Assembly (NCBI GenBank): GCA_965223325.1
Contig: CBDCWI010000002.1
Location: forward strand, 4,256,001-4,320,000
DNA length: 64,000 nucleotides
Source: Candidatus Multivoradales bacterium
Lineage (GTDB): Bacteria > Acidobacteriota > Thermoanaerobaculia > Multivoradales > Multivoraceae
Reading direction: 5' to 3'
Position numbers and translations under genes: made by a program. This document shows, one piece after another, positions 19,159 to 28,784 of this stretch; within the stretch, counting starts at the first letter, position 1; each line of letters begins with the position of its first letter. Below the pieces are notes generated by a model that was given only the letters and a program-made list of their open reading frames with translations, made no database searches and was not told the origin of the DNA.

Positions 19159-19667
19159 TCGCTTTGATCCTTGATCACGGCGACAGCGATCTTCGTACCG
19201 TTTAGGATCTGCTCGGCTTTCGAGCCCACGATCAACCCTGACAAACCGGAGCGGCCATGACTCCCCACTACGATGAGACTGGCACCGATCTCCTCCGCCA
19301 CCTCTAGAATTCGAGGCCCCGGCCGACCCTCTACCAGCCGGCTTTTCCAGTTCACCGATCCCATCAGGTTGGGGTGGTGGTCCTGCAGGAAGATCAGGAA
19401 CCTCTCCAGGACTTCGGCGGCGGCGGCGGCCTGGTCCATGAGCCTCAGCTTTGCTGGCCTCGTTTCGTCTTTGGTTAGAACCTTCAGATAAGAGCCTGGA
19501 TCCTCGGCTGGATCATGCACGACATGCAGAATCAAGAGAGGTCTTTCGAAGTGTCTCGCAGCCAAGAGTGCCCAGACCGCACTCGGCACCGAATTCGGAG
19601 AGAAATCCACCGGAGCGAGGATCGGACCCCGCTCGGAACCCTCGGCTGTTGCTCTCTCGGACGCCAT
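19149..19667 (-). CDS. Universal stress protein (UspA family)
   Basis: ILAPVDFS..LLILHVVH..GRP..ILEVA..LIVVGSHGRSGLSGLIVGSKAEQIL. Confidence 0.9.
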   Translation of the reverse strand: MASERATAEGSERGPILAPVDFSPNSVPSAVWALLAARHFERPLLILHVVHDPAEDPGSYLKVLTKDETRPAKLRLMDQAAAAAEVLERFLIFLQDHHPNLMGSVNWKSRLVEGRPGPRILEVAEEIGASLIVVGSHGRSGLSGLIVGSKAEQILNGTKIAVAVIKDQSEWL

Positions 19668-19842
19668 TGGCACTTCTACCCCCAAGCTTCATCAAACCCT
19701 CACTTCAGTCACACTAGCTCAGCCTAGACTGCTTCAGTGCTGAGGAAGCCTCAGGCAAGCGGCTGTTCCTGTCTTCAAGGGGTGTAGCCCTGGAGCGTTA
19801 GACGTTGGTTGGCGGGCGGACAACTCTAGGTATTGTGAGTTG

Positions 19843-20568
19843 ATGGAGGAAAGTGAACGGCAGCGACGCCGGCGCGCGCGCAGACGTGCCCGCAGGCTGC
19901 GAACGCTGGCGAAGCTAGTGATGTTGCTCGCCGCGGTCTTCCTTTACCTCCGCTTCGCCCCTGACAGCTACAACATCGCCCGGCCACTCGACCTCGAGGA
20001 CCGTCCAACCTTCGTTACCGGGTGGAAGCTCCAGCTCGCTACCGACAACCGCTGCTACGACGCGTTGCGGCGTGCTGGGATTCGGGTCGAGCGCCTGCCC
20101 GACGCCAGAATGGACCGCGGCTGTTCGTTCGATGGTGTCGCCTCGCTCCAGCAATCCAATATCTCTTGGGGCGGCAATGTCACCCTCCGTTGCCCGATGC
20201 TGGCCGGTCTGGTGATGTGGGAGTTGCATGTGCTGCAGCCTGAAGCCGAGCGGCTCCTTGGAACCCAGGTCCAGCGGGTAGAGCACTACGGCACGTATTC
20301 CTGCCGCAACATCAACAACGCCAAGCACGGCCGGCGCTCAGAACACGCGACAGCCAACGCGGTCGATATCGCCGGTTTCGTCCTGGCCGATGGGCGCCGC
20401 ATCAGCGTCCAGGGCGACTGGGGCAAGCGCACCGCCGAAGGAAAGTTCCTCGAGCGCGTGCGCGACAAAGCCTGCAAGCGCTTCAACACGGTCCTAAGCC
20501 CCGACTACAACTCCCTCCACTACGACCATTTTCACTTCGACAATGGCGAGTACGAGTCGTGTAGCTGA
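19843..20568 (+). CDS. Extensin-like C-terminal domain protein
   Basis: GTYSCRNI..RSEHATANAVDIAGF.LADGRRISV..DW..ACKRFNTVLSPDYN..H.DHFHFD; N-terminal TM. Confidence 0.9.
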   Translation: MEESERQRRRRARRRARRLRTLAKLVMLLAAVFLYLRFAPDSYNIARPLDLEDRPTFVTGWKLQLATDNRCYDALRRAGIRVERLPDARMDRGCSFDGVASLQQSNISWGGNVTLRCPMLAGLVMWELHVLQPEAERLLGTQVQRVEHYGTYSCRNINNAKHGRRSEHATANAVDIAGFVLADGRRISVQGDWGKRTAEGKFLERVRDKACKRFNTVLSPDYNSLHYDHFHFDNGEYESCS

Positions 20569-20585
20569 TGGAACCTTAGGGGCTG

Positions 20586-22271
20586 CTAGCTCTGCCAGAT
20601 CACCTTCTCTCCTGAGGCGTACCAGCCGTCCAGGAGCGGTGCGTACTGTTCTTCGAGAACGTTTCTCTTGATCTTCAGGGTTGGAGTCAGCTGCCCGCCC
20701 TCGACGGTCCATGGCTGGTTGGCCACCACCAGGAACTCCATGCGTTCGTAGATGGGGAGCTCAGCGTTGACGCGTTCGAGCAATTCTTCGAGAGCGCTTG
20801 TGACCTGTTTGCGGATCGAGTCGTTTTCGGCCTTCGCCGTCCATTCTTCAGCGAGCTGCAAGACGGCGTGCGTTGCGGGCCGGCCACTGCCGGCGACGCA
20901 TGAGAGCTCGATATGGCTGTCGACGTTGAGCAGGTTTTCGATGGGGACCGGGGCGACGTACTTTCCCTTGCTGGTCTTGAACAGGTCTTTGACGCGACCG
21001 GTGATGCGCAGGCGGCCCTCATCGTCGATCTCGCCGCGGTCGCCGGTCTTGAGGTAGCCGTCAGCGGTGAAGGTGGCCTTGGTTTGTTCCTCCTGTTTGA
21101 AGTAGCCGACCATGTTGCCCGGGCTCCTGACCAGGATCTCACCCTCCTCGCTGATCTCGCAGTCGACCCCTGGATGAGCCTGGCCAACGTAGCCGGGGCG
21201 CGCGCTGCCGGGCAGGGTCAGGTGCGAGTAGTTGAAGTTCTCGCTCATGCCGTAGCCCTCGAGCAGCTCGAGGCCGAGGTTTCGATACCAGGCGATGAGC
21301 TCGGCGGGGATCGGTGCGGAGCCGCTGCCGGCGAAGCGCACCGCGTCGAGACCGAGATTGGCGAGGATCTTCTTCTTGACGATGCCGGAGACGACGGGGA
21401 TCGTGAGCAGTCGGTTGAGTTTTCTCTCGGGCATCTTGCCGAAGACGGCGAGCTGAAACTTGAGCCACAGCCTGGGGACCGAAACGAAAAGCGTCGGGCG
21501 CGCACGCTTGAGGTCGGCCTGGAAGGTGTCGATACTCTCGTTGAAATACACGTGCGAGCCGGCGTACATCGAGACGCACTCCGAGAGCCAGCGATCCATG
21601 GCATGGGCGAGCGGCAGGTAGGAGAGCGCCCGATCGTGACGGGTGATCGAGAGGGTCTTTGTGAGGTCGCGGGTTGGCAGAGAGATGGTGCGGAAGTTGT
21701 GCAGCACTCCCTTCGGCTTGCCGGTACTGCCCGAGGTGTAGATCACCAGCGCAAGGTCTTCAGCTGCACGAACCGGGTCGCTTTCGATGGGCTCATGCGC
21801 AGCGACGATGTCGTCCCATTTCGCGTAGTCGTTCTCGGGTGCCAGGGGAAAGGCGATCTTGGGAAGTTCGTCGGGTACGCCAGGCGCGAGTTGGGCCCAG
21901 GAGTCGAGCTTGCCAACGAAGAGCAGCCGGGCGTCGCTGTGCTCGAGGATGTAGCCCGCCGTGTCGGCGGTCAGGGTGGGGTAGAGCGCCACCGAAATGT
22001 GCCCCGCCATCCAGATCGCCAGATCTGCCATGAAGAAGTGAGCGCAGTTCTGGGTGACGATGGCAACGCTCGACTGCGGTGGCAAGTCGAGCGTGCGCAG
22101 GTAGGCGGTCATGCACTTCGCTTCGCGAAGTGTCTCGCCGAAGGTGTAGTCACGAACCGTACCGTTGCCGACCGGCTGGGTCAGGTAGACGTCGTCTGGG
22201 CGCTTTCGGGCGTGCTGGTAGAAACGCTCCAGGAGGAGCTCTTCCTGCGTGATTGTTGTTTCGGTTGTCAT
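20586..22271 (-). CDS. Long-chain fatty-acid-CoA ligase (AMP-binding)
   Basis: YTSGSTGKPKGV, SYLPLAH, EGYGMSE, LKTGDRG, GRVKDLFKTSKGKYVAP, LTPTLKIKR. Confidence 0.93.
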   Translation of the reverse strand: MTTETTITQEELLLERFYQHARKRPDDVYLTQPVGNGTVRDYTFGETLREAKCMTAYLRTLDLPPQSSVAIVTQNCAHFFMADLAIWMAGHISVALYPTLTADTAGYILEHSDARLLFVGKLDSWAQLAPGVPDELPKIAFPLAPENDYAKWDDIVAAHEPIESDPVRAAEDLALVIYTSGSTGKPKGVLHNFRTISLPTRDLTKTLSITRHDRALSYLPLAHAMDRWLSECVSMYAGSHVYFNESIDTFQADLKRARPTLFVSVPRLWLKFQLAVFGKMPERKLNRLLTIPVVSGIVKKKILANLGLDAVRFAGSGSAPIPAELIAWYRNLGLELLEGYGMSENFNYSHLTLPGSARPGYVGQAHPGVDCEISEEGEILVRSPGNMVGYFKQEEQTKATFTADGYLKTGDRGEIDDEGRLRITGRVKDLFKTSKGKYVAPVPIENLLNVDSHIELSCVAGSGRPATHAVLQLAEEWTAKAENDSIRKQVTSALEELLERVNAELPIYERMEFLVVANQPWTVEGGQLTPTLKIKRNVLEEQYAPLLDGWYASGEKVIWQS

Positions 22272-22360
22272 GCGCCTCTATCTTCTGGGCCGAGCATCAA
22301 CTGTGGGCCGAACGTTGGCCCCCGAGCCTATCGAGTCGAAGCGCCGAAACCGATCGGGTG

Positions 22361-23473
22361 CTATCTACCCTTTTTGGCCCGCCGCTCGAGCTCCTCTTTC
22401 TCCAACAGACGAGCGCCGCGCAGGACGTTGGGCATTGCGTAGTTGCCCTCGTGGCAGGCGTACTCATAGACCTTGTCGTTGCTTGCGCGCCAGATGTATT
22501 CGCCGGTCCAGGGTGCCGTCCACACCGTGTCGTCTTCGACGGTGAACTTATAAAGCACGTTGCCGTCGTGCTGCATGGTGAAGCGTTCGACGACGTGCAG
22601 GTTCTCCGAGCCGCCGCGCATCGAAGCCTCCGGGTGAAAGTTGGTGGTGTCGACGACCAGGGTGTCGCCCTCCCACCAGCCGATCGAGTCGCCGAGCCAC
22701 CTTTTGACTTCTGGTCCCGGGTGTTCGGAGTGGAGCCGCACGATGCGCGCATCATGAACCATCTCAATGAGAATCATTACGTGGTCTTCGGTCTGAATGA
22801 TTCTCTTGAAGTTGTTGTAGAGGCTGGGGAGCGTTGGCGTCGCACCGGTGAAGCCGAGCATGCAGCGCTCGCTCATCGCCAGCGACTCGGGGCCGTCATA
22901 GGGTCCTGGGCCCTCTTGGTCGATCCACCAGGCGGTGCCATCGTTGGGGCGCAGGAAACTGCCGTAGCGCGCCATCATCTCTTTCATCGCGGCCGGTGTC
23001 ATGGGTGGCATGCGGCCGTTCGGCGGGTCGGTGATGATCGACGTCGGGATCTCGCCGTCGATGGCGAAGGCGTCGGTGCCGCGGTCGATCCAGAACAGGT
23101 TGTAGCCGCCGACGTTGCCGGCGCCGAAGTCGTTGCCGCCGGTCTCCGTATCTTCGAGCCCGACGACTGCCGCACCGCCGGGAGGTGGTGCCTCACGGTT
23201 GGCGTCAGATCGTTGGAGCCCTTTAGCGACCAGGGCCGCTTCTTCGGCTGCCAGCGCCTCGGCCTCCTCGCGAGAGAGAAAGGCCTTCTCGCCGAGAGCG
23301 ATCGGGCGCTCGAGGGGAGTCAAGGTGGCGGCGTCGTAGGTGCCAGTCAGGTCGGGGTGTCCGGTCGCTGTGCGCCGGATGCCGTCGTCCTGGGCGGCGA
23401 GGGAAGGGGAGAGGACAGACGCGCACACCGCCACCAGTGCCGATGCGCAGAAGTAGGTTGCGATTCGCTTCAT
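22361..23473 (-). CDS. Secreted conserved hypothetical protein (PDLxG...SIGxWEGDTLVVDT...EYACHEGN type)
   Basis: Signal peptide; GHPDLTGTY, SIITDPPNGRMP, ERC, WLGDSIGWWEGDTLVVDTTNF, YEYACHEGNY; AAGGAG SD before ATG 23473. Confidence 0.85.
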   Translation of the reverse strand: MKRIATYFCASALVAVCASVLSPSLAAQDDGIRRTATGHPDLTGTYDAATLTPLERPIALGEKAFLSREEAEALAAEEAALVAKGLQRSDANREAPPPGGAAVVGLEDTETGGNDFGAGNVGGYNLFWIDRGTDAFAIDGEIPTSIITDPPNGRMPPMTPAAMKEMMARYGSFLRPNDGTAWWIDQEGPGPYDGPESLAMSERCMLGFTGATPTLPSLYNNFKRIIQTEDHVMILIEMVHDARIVRLHSEHPGPEVKRWLGDSIGWWEGDTLVVDTTNFHPEASMRGGSENLHVVERFTMQHDGNVLYKFTVEDDTVWTAPWTGEYIWRASNDKVYEYACHEGNYAMPNVLRGARLLEKEELERRAKKGR

Positions 23474-23650
23474 CGGGGCATTGCTCCTTTCGTTCTTTCC
23501 GACAGTGTACCTGGGGCTCAGGGGAAAGAGCCCTGGCGAGGTGCCGAGGCCCATCGAACCGGCAGTCAGAAGGATCCTCGAGAGAGTCGAGAAAGGCGAG
23601 CGGCCGGCCTGCTCCTGCGGGAATAAGCCGACTCGCTCGTCCCCTTGCCC

Positions 23651-24558
23651 TCAGGGGGCGACCACGAACTTTCTCGAGAAGCTCCGCGTGTTGCCAGCTG
23701 CGTCGGTGGCGTGAACCACCAGAGTGTGTTGCCCTGGCGGGAGTCGATCAGCCTGGAGGACGGCACGGAAACCGACCGTCGGGCACCTGGGGTCGCCGAT
23801 TGCCGCGTGGACAGAGCAGACATCGCCGCGTGAGACCGGGAGGACGTCCGAAAACGCCGCCCCAGAGCCATTGACCGTCATCCGTATGTTGTTGACGCCA
23901 GAAGCGTCCACCGCCCATCCAGAGACCGTGAAGTCGCCGCTGATCTCTTGCTGATGACTGGGGTAGTCAACCCACACCGTTGGCGCGACGCTCTCGCTGA
24001 CCTTCTGGACCTGAATGAGCCGCGAATGGCCAAGAAGTTGCCGTTCTCGTCGACTGCCGACAACTTGAACCAGTGAGCGCCGTTCGGCAGTCTGGTTGTG
24101 TCGATCGTCGATTGCCAGCCCACCATCGGGCAGCGCGGATCGTGTGTGTTGCTGAAGTAGGCGCAGACATCCGGTCGACTGACCGCCCGAACTGGACCGG
24201 CCGCCCCAGTAGTGCCGACCTCGACTGTGACCGAGGAAACGCCGGAGGCGTCGATGGCCCAGCCGTAGGCCTCGAACGTTCCGCTGACGGTCTGGTCCCA
24301 GACGGTGATTTCGTCGGTCGACGGATCGGCGGTGCCGTAGAGAGGATGATCCGTGTCGCTGTTCATCTCGGGATCACAGGCTCCTTGTGCGAAGGCAGCG
24401 GTTGAATCGAGGAGCGCGAGTCCCAGGGCCAGGAGAGGGAGTAGTACCCGGGGGAATCTCGCGGTGCGGTCACAGGAGCGCTGGCGAAGTCGCTGGCTGG
24501 TAAAGCGATCGTCGGTCGTCGAAGGGCGGATGGAGAGGCGAAGGGTCAGCCCCTTCAC
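23651..24558 (-). pseudogene. Secreted protein with two Ig-like repeats, split by a frameshift near 24020-24040
   Basis: Repeat 1 (VSGTFEAYGWAIDASGV..SRPDVC..DPRCPMVG..RLPNGAH..AVDENGN) and repeat 2 (ISGDFTVSGWAVDASGV..SRGDVC..DPRCPTVG..RLPPGQH..ATDAAGN) are in different frames; the linker GHSRLIQVQKVSESVAPTVW is in the repeat-2 frame. Confidence 0.75.
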
Positions 24559-25289
24559 TGTGCGTCGCCCTCACCAACCTGCAATGCGCGGGCCTTGGCG
24601 GCCACGTCCTCTAACTCGTGCTGCTTCCCGTCGGTGAGCGTCAAGCGGCCCTCTTCGTCGAGAGGTACCACCGCCTGCGCGTAGTAGTAGGACTCGAAAC
24701 CGGCGCGCTGTTGAAAGCCCAGCATCGCGACACGGTCGCCGACTTTAGGTTGATACCGACCGGGGAGCGGATCTGTGCACACCACCGTACCGTCCAGTGC
24801 GAAACGGCCACCGCGCTCGAGGTAGTAGACAGCCAGTCCGCCCGTCTGATTCCCTTCGAGGGAAAGTGCGGGGTCCTCGAGTGTCAACTCGACGCGCCGC
24901 ACGACGCGTTGATGGCGCGGGTCGAGCCCCGTCACAACGTCGGTGACCGTTGCCCCCGAGACCAGAGATGCTTCGCTGAGCACTCTCTCGAGTTCCGAGG
25001 AGGGCAGCGAGAAGCGCCTGGGCTCATGGACCAGCTTGGCTCCCTCTATGCAAGCCGTCGCCTTCGAGGCACGAGCCGCAGCAGATCGCTCGATGAGCAA
25101 CTGGCGGGTGGCGTCGTCGCTGGCGAGCTCGTTCTCGGAAACGAACGCGTCTGCTGGCACCTGGGCCGCGGCTGTGACTCCTGCCCCGCATGACAGGAAG
25201 ACAAGCGCCAAGCCGGCGATGGCCCGGGTAATCGTTCGGTGGTGGGTCTGGAGCCGCCGCGGGTTCCAGGGTGTTCTCGACATCTTCAT
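24555..25289 (-). CDS. Secreted hypothetical protein
   Basis: GGGAG SD before ATG 25289, signal peptide (AAA-Q), GTGA overlap with the downstream gene. Confidence 0.7.
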   Translation of the reverse strand: MKMSRTPWNPRRLQTHHRTITRAIAGLALVFLSCGAGVTAAAQVPADAFVSENELASDDATRQLLIERSAAARASKATACIEGAKLVHEPRRFSLPSSELERVLSEASLVSGATVTDVVTGLDPRHQRVVRRVELTLEDPALSLEGNQTGGLAVYYLERGGRFALDGTVVCTDPLPGRYQPKVGDRVAMLGFQQRAGFESYYYAQAVVPLDEEGRLTLTDGKQHELEDVAAKARALQVGEGDAQ

Positions 25290-25689
25290 GACTTCTCCCA
25301 ACAAAGTGAATCTTCTTCTTCGTGGGGTTCCGACATGAGGAGCGCGTGACCGGCCTGGCGGCAGGTTCGTTTGCGGAAAACGCACTATGAAGCCGCGCTA
25401 AACAAGATCGGTGATCCTAGCAGCATGGGCTCGCAGCCGACGAAACTCAGGGCCTGGCCAGAGCGCTGTGACCAGGGTGCGACCCTCTGCGAACACTGGG
25501 TCGCGTGCCGGGACGCCGCTTCGGATGGGGGAGGTTGGGCACCACTTTCGAGCATCGAGCACGGCTCGCCGGTTCGAGTTGGCGCTCGACCTTCCGGCGG
25601 AGTTCGCCGAAGTGGGAGCTTCCCGTCCACCCCGACCTCTGGGGACCTGGGCGTAGACTGGCGGTGGACAACCACCAGGGAGACCCGTC

Positions 25690-27330
25690 ATGCATCGCAA
25701 CGTTCTTCTGTCGACGAGCTGCCTCGCTGTCGCTGCGGTCAGCCTCGTCGTTGTCGCCCCTTTTGCGCAGGCCCAGGCATCGGACGAACCGGTCGACTGG
25801 GAGACCATTGCGCTCATTCGTCATGAAGGTTTCAACAATTCTCAGATCGAAGAGACGCTTTCTCATCTGACCGACGGGATCGGTCCGCGGCTCACGGGGT
25901 CGCCGGCGATGATGGAGGCCAACCGCTACACCCGGGACAAGCTCGCCGAATGGGGCCTGGTGAACGCCGAGGTCGAACCGTGGGGTGAGTTCGGTCGCGG
26001 CTGGTCGTTTACGCGTGCGGCGGTGCATATGCTGTCGCCGCGCCCGACTCCGCTACAGGCCCTCCCCAAGGCGTGGACTCCGGGCACCGACGGCGCGAAG
26101 ACCGGTACCTGTATCAAGGTGTCGCTCGAGAGCGAAGAGGACCTCGAGAAGTGGAAGGGCAAGCTCCAGGGCAAGATCTTGTTGCTTTCTGATGCGCGCA
26201 CGCCAGACGATCCAGACGGGGTCGAGTTTCATCGCTACTCCGAAGAAGAGCTCGAGGCGCGCGAGAGCTTTCCGCTGCCGCGCGATCGACCGGACTTCCG
26301 CAAGCGTTACGCAAAGCGACTGGCTTTTGGCAAGACCCTCAATGAGTTTCTGGAGAGCGAGGGGGTCCTGGCAACGCTCGAGATCTCGAGCCGCGACGCA
26401 GGAATCCTCCGCCTCGGTGCAGGCGGTTCCCGGGAACCGGGCGAGAGCGTGGGAGTGCCTTCCCTGGTGATGGCGGCCGAGCACTACAACTGGCTTGTGC
26501 GGTTGCTGGCAGACGACCAGGAGGTCGAGCTCGAGATTGAAGTCGAGGCGCAGTTTCACGACGGCGACCTCGAGGGCTACAACACCGTGGCGGAGCTTCC
26601 GGGCACTGACAAGGCGAAGGAACTGGTCATGGTGGGCGCACACCTCGACTCTTGGCACGCCGCCAGCGGTTCCAACGACAACGCTGCCGGCTCGGTCGTG
26701 GCGATGGAAGCGATTCGGATTCTGAAGGCGATCGGTGTCAAGCCGCGGCGCACCATCCGCGTCGCGCTCTGGAGTGGCGAAGAGCAGGGTCTTCACGGGT
26801 CGCGCCGTTACGTCGAGAAGCACTTCGCGGCGCGGCCGGAGCCCGAAGACGAAGAGGTCCGCCGCGGCCCACGCTTCTTGTGGCCCGAGACCTGGCCGAT
26901 CGACTACAAGCCCGCCTGGGAGAACTTCCAGGCCTACTTCAATCTCGACAACGGCTCGGGCAAGATCCGCGGCATCTACACGCAGTCGAACGCCGCCCTG
27001 GTGCCGATCTTCGAAGCCTGGCTCGAGCCGCTTCACGATCTGGGTGCCGACACGGTCACCAACCGCAACACCGGCGGCACCGACCATCAGGCTTTCGATG
27101 CCTATTCGTTGCCGGGGTTCCAGTTCATCCAGGACGGCCTCGACTACGGGTCGCGCACCCATCACACCGACCTCGATCACTTCGATCACGCCCGCATCGA
27201 CGATCTCAAGCAGGCAGCGGTGGTGATGGCCACCTTCGCCTACCAGGCGGCGATGCGCGACGAGCTCCTGCCTCGCAAGCCCAAGCCGCAACAGAGAAAA
27301 GTCGACGAAGAATCCGGCACTGGTCACTGA
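25690..27330 (+). CDS. M28 family metallopeptidase (carboxypeptidase Q-like) with PA insert
   Basis: LTDGIGPRLTGS, GAHLDSW, NDNAAG, WSGEEQGL, NLDNGSG, GTDH, HHTDLD; signal peptide. Confidence 0.92.
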   Translation: MHRNVLLSTSCLAVAAVSLVVVAPFAQAQASDEPVDWETIALIRHEGFNNSQIEETLSHLTDGIGPRLTGSPAMMEANRYTRDKLAEWGLVNAEVEPWGEFGRGWSFTRAAVHMLSPRPTPLQALPKAWTPGTDGAKTGTCIKVSLESEEDLEKWKGKLQGKILLLSDARTPDDPDGVEFHRYSEEELEARESFPLPRDRPDFRKRYAKRLAFGKTLNEFLESEGVLATLEISSRDAGILRLGAGGSREPGESVGVPSLVMAAEHYNWLVRLLADDQEVELEIEVEAQFHDGDLEGYNTVAELPGTDKAKELVMVGAHLDSWHAASGSNDNAAGSVVAMEAIRILKAIGVKPRRTIRVALWSGEEQGLHGSRRYVEKHFAARPEPEDEEVRRGPRFLWPETWPIDYKPAWENFQAYFNLDNGSGKIRGIYTQSNAALVPIFEAWLEPLHDLGADTVTNRNTGGTDHQAFDAYSLPGFQFIQDGLDYGSRTHHTDLDHFDHARIDDLKQAAVVMATFAYQAAMRDELLPRKPKPQQRKVDEESGTGH

Positions 27331-27369
27331 CCCTCGGCCGGTCATGAGCCCTCGGCCAGTCATGAGCCC
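27331..27369 (+). repeat. 18-bp tandem direct repeat, 2 copies plus partial
   Basis: CCCTCGGCCGGTCATGAG (27331-27348) and CCCTCGGCCAGTCATGAG (27349-27366), then CCC. Confidence 0.85.
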
Positions 27370-27374
27370 AGTGC

Positions 27375-27398
27375 ACCAGGGGGCGCCCCTCCTGGTGG
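27375..27398 (+). terminator. GC hairpin downstream of the M28 peptidase (no U tract)
   Basis: CACCAGGGGG-CG-CCCCTCCTGGTG imperfect inverted repeat. Confidence 0.4.
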
Positions 27399-27617
27399 GG
27401 GGGAATCGAGGAGTCTGCTGCGTCGTGTTTCAGGCGCCGTGCTGGTTGAGCCGGCAACTGCAGAGAAGGGCATCGCGTTTTTGTCGGCGGCAGTAGAGAC
27501 AAACGAACGGGGCAACGCTGCTCATGCGCTTTGGCGAGCCCTGGTCGGGCGACTAGTGCAGGCTACGCCGATCGCTTCGGAGAGAACCCAAGAGACGGAC
27601 CGGCTACACTGCGATGC

Positions 27618-28784
27618 ATGCGCTCAGGTCTCCATGACTCGGCCTGGTCGGTCCTCGCGGCCCTCACCCTGATCGTGACTGCTTGTTGTCTCCCGGCGCG
27701 GAGCGCTTATGCGCAGGGGAGCTCTGGTTCAGCAAGTCAGCAACTCGATTGCGCCAATACCGAACTCCTGGCTTTCCAACAGCTCTTGGTCTTTGCACCA
27801 CATCCCGACGATGAAGTGCTGGGGTTCGGTGGGCTGATCGATGCCTTCCTCGAAGCCGAGAAGAACGTCACGGTGATCGTCGCGACGGACGGAGACGCTT
27901 ACTGCCAAGCGTGTCGCTTCTGGAAGAACGGCTCGCTTGCCGGGCCACTGTGCACAGCGACAGATCTCAGAAACCTGGGCACGACGACCGTCGACAGCTT
28001 CGCCGAGGTGCGGCGCAACGAAAGCCGCCGTGCGATGAAGCGGCTGGGGGGGCCGGAGCCCATCTTTCTCGGCTACCCAGACAGCGGCCTTGCCGCGGCG
28101 CGTGCCAATCAACGTCGCGGTGCTGAGGGCGCGACCCTTCATCGCACCGATTTTTCCATGTGCGAGAGCTGTCTGACCTGCGCCGGTTACGGCAAGGGCC
28201 CGGCAACGACTCTTTCAGCGACCTCCCTCGTTCACAAGCTGCGCGAGACCATCGAGAAGCAGCCTGAGACCACTCTGGTTGCAACGACCCACCCTCTCGA
28301 CGGCCACGGTGATCATGCTGCCCTCGGCTCATTTGTTACCGAAGCCAGTGCGAACCTAGAAAAGCCCAGAACGATTGCGTACGCCGTGATCCACGCCCAC
28401 ACTCCGAACGGGCACGCTCATCCGGACTGCTGGTATCCAGAGCCTGCCGCAGCCGTGTGCCCTTGTTTCAACGGGCAGCCAGTAGAAAGCGAACCGAATT
28501 GGCTGACGACCCAGCGCGAGGCGCGGTACCGCCCCGATCTCCCTGCTCGCCTTCCTGATGACAGAGACTACGGCGAGGCGGTGCGCCTGTGCCTCGACGA
28601 GCCTCTTCTAACGGCTTCCGAGAAACGCCTCGTGATCGAGGAGTATGGTTCGCAGCTCGGTTTCACACAGCGTGAGGGCAAACCGAAGAGTGAATTCATG
28701 GGACTGATGGACTGCAATGGCTACCTGATCTCGTTTGCGCGGAATCAAGAGGTCTTCGTACTCCACCGTCCATCGCCCGATTGA
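27618..28784 (+). CDS. Secreted Cys-rich PIG-L/LmbE family deacetylase
   Basis: FAPHPDDEVLG, ATDGD, RRNESRRA, FLGYPD, THPLDGHGDH; signal peptide (AYA-Q). Confidence 0.87.
   Translation: MRSGLHDSAWSVLAALTLIVTACCLPARSAYAQGSSGSASQQLDCANTELLAFQQLLVFAPHPDDEVLGFGGLIDAFLEAEKNVTVIVATDGDAYCQACRFWKNGSLAGPLCTATDLRNLGTTTVDSFAEVRRNESRRAMKRLGGPEPIFLGYPDSGLAAARANQRRGAEGATLHRTDFSMCESCLTCAGYGKGPATTLSATSLVHKLRETIEKQPETTLVATTHPLDGHGDHAALGSFVTEASANLEKPRTIAYAVIHAHTPNGHAHPDCWYPEPAAAVCPCFNGQPVESEPNWLTTQREARYRPDLPARLPDDRDYGEAVRLCLDEPLLTASEKRLVIEEYGSQLGFTQREGKPKSEFMGLMDCNGYLISFARNQEVFVLHRPSPD

Noticed and set aside
20913-22442. 509-aa ORF on the + strand
   Set aside because: Antisense shadow of the acyl-CoA ligase; typical of high-GC codon bias, with no family motifs.
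22253-23626. 457-aa ORF on the + strand
   Set aside because: Antisense to a motif-bearing secreted protein; shadow-ORF composition.
25567-25585. GGTTCGAGT resembling a tRNA T-loop in the 25290-25690 intergenic region
   Set aside because: Lacks the G53-C61 pair, and I could not fold an acceptor stem, D arm or anticodon arm.
26053-27363. 436-aa ORF on the - strand
   Set aside because: Antisense shadow of the M28 peptidase.
27331-27369. Possible CRISPR mini-array
   Set aside because: Units are adjacent 18-mers without spacers; no cas genes in the window.
27618-28784. CxxC motifs in the PIG-L protein as heme c sites
   Set aside because: None is followed by His (CQACR, CESCL, CLTCA).
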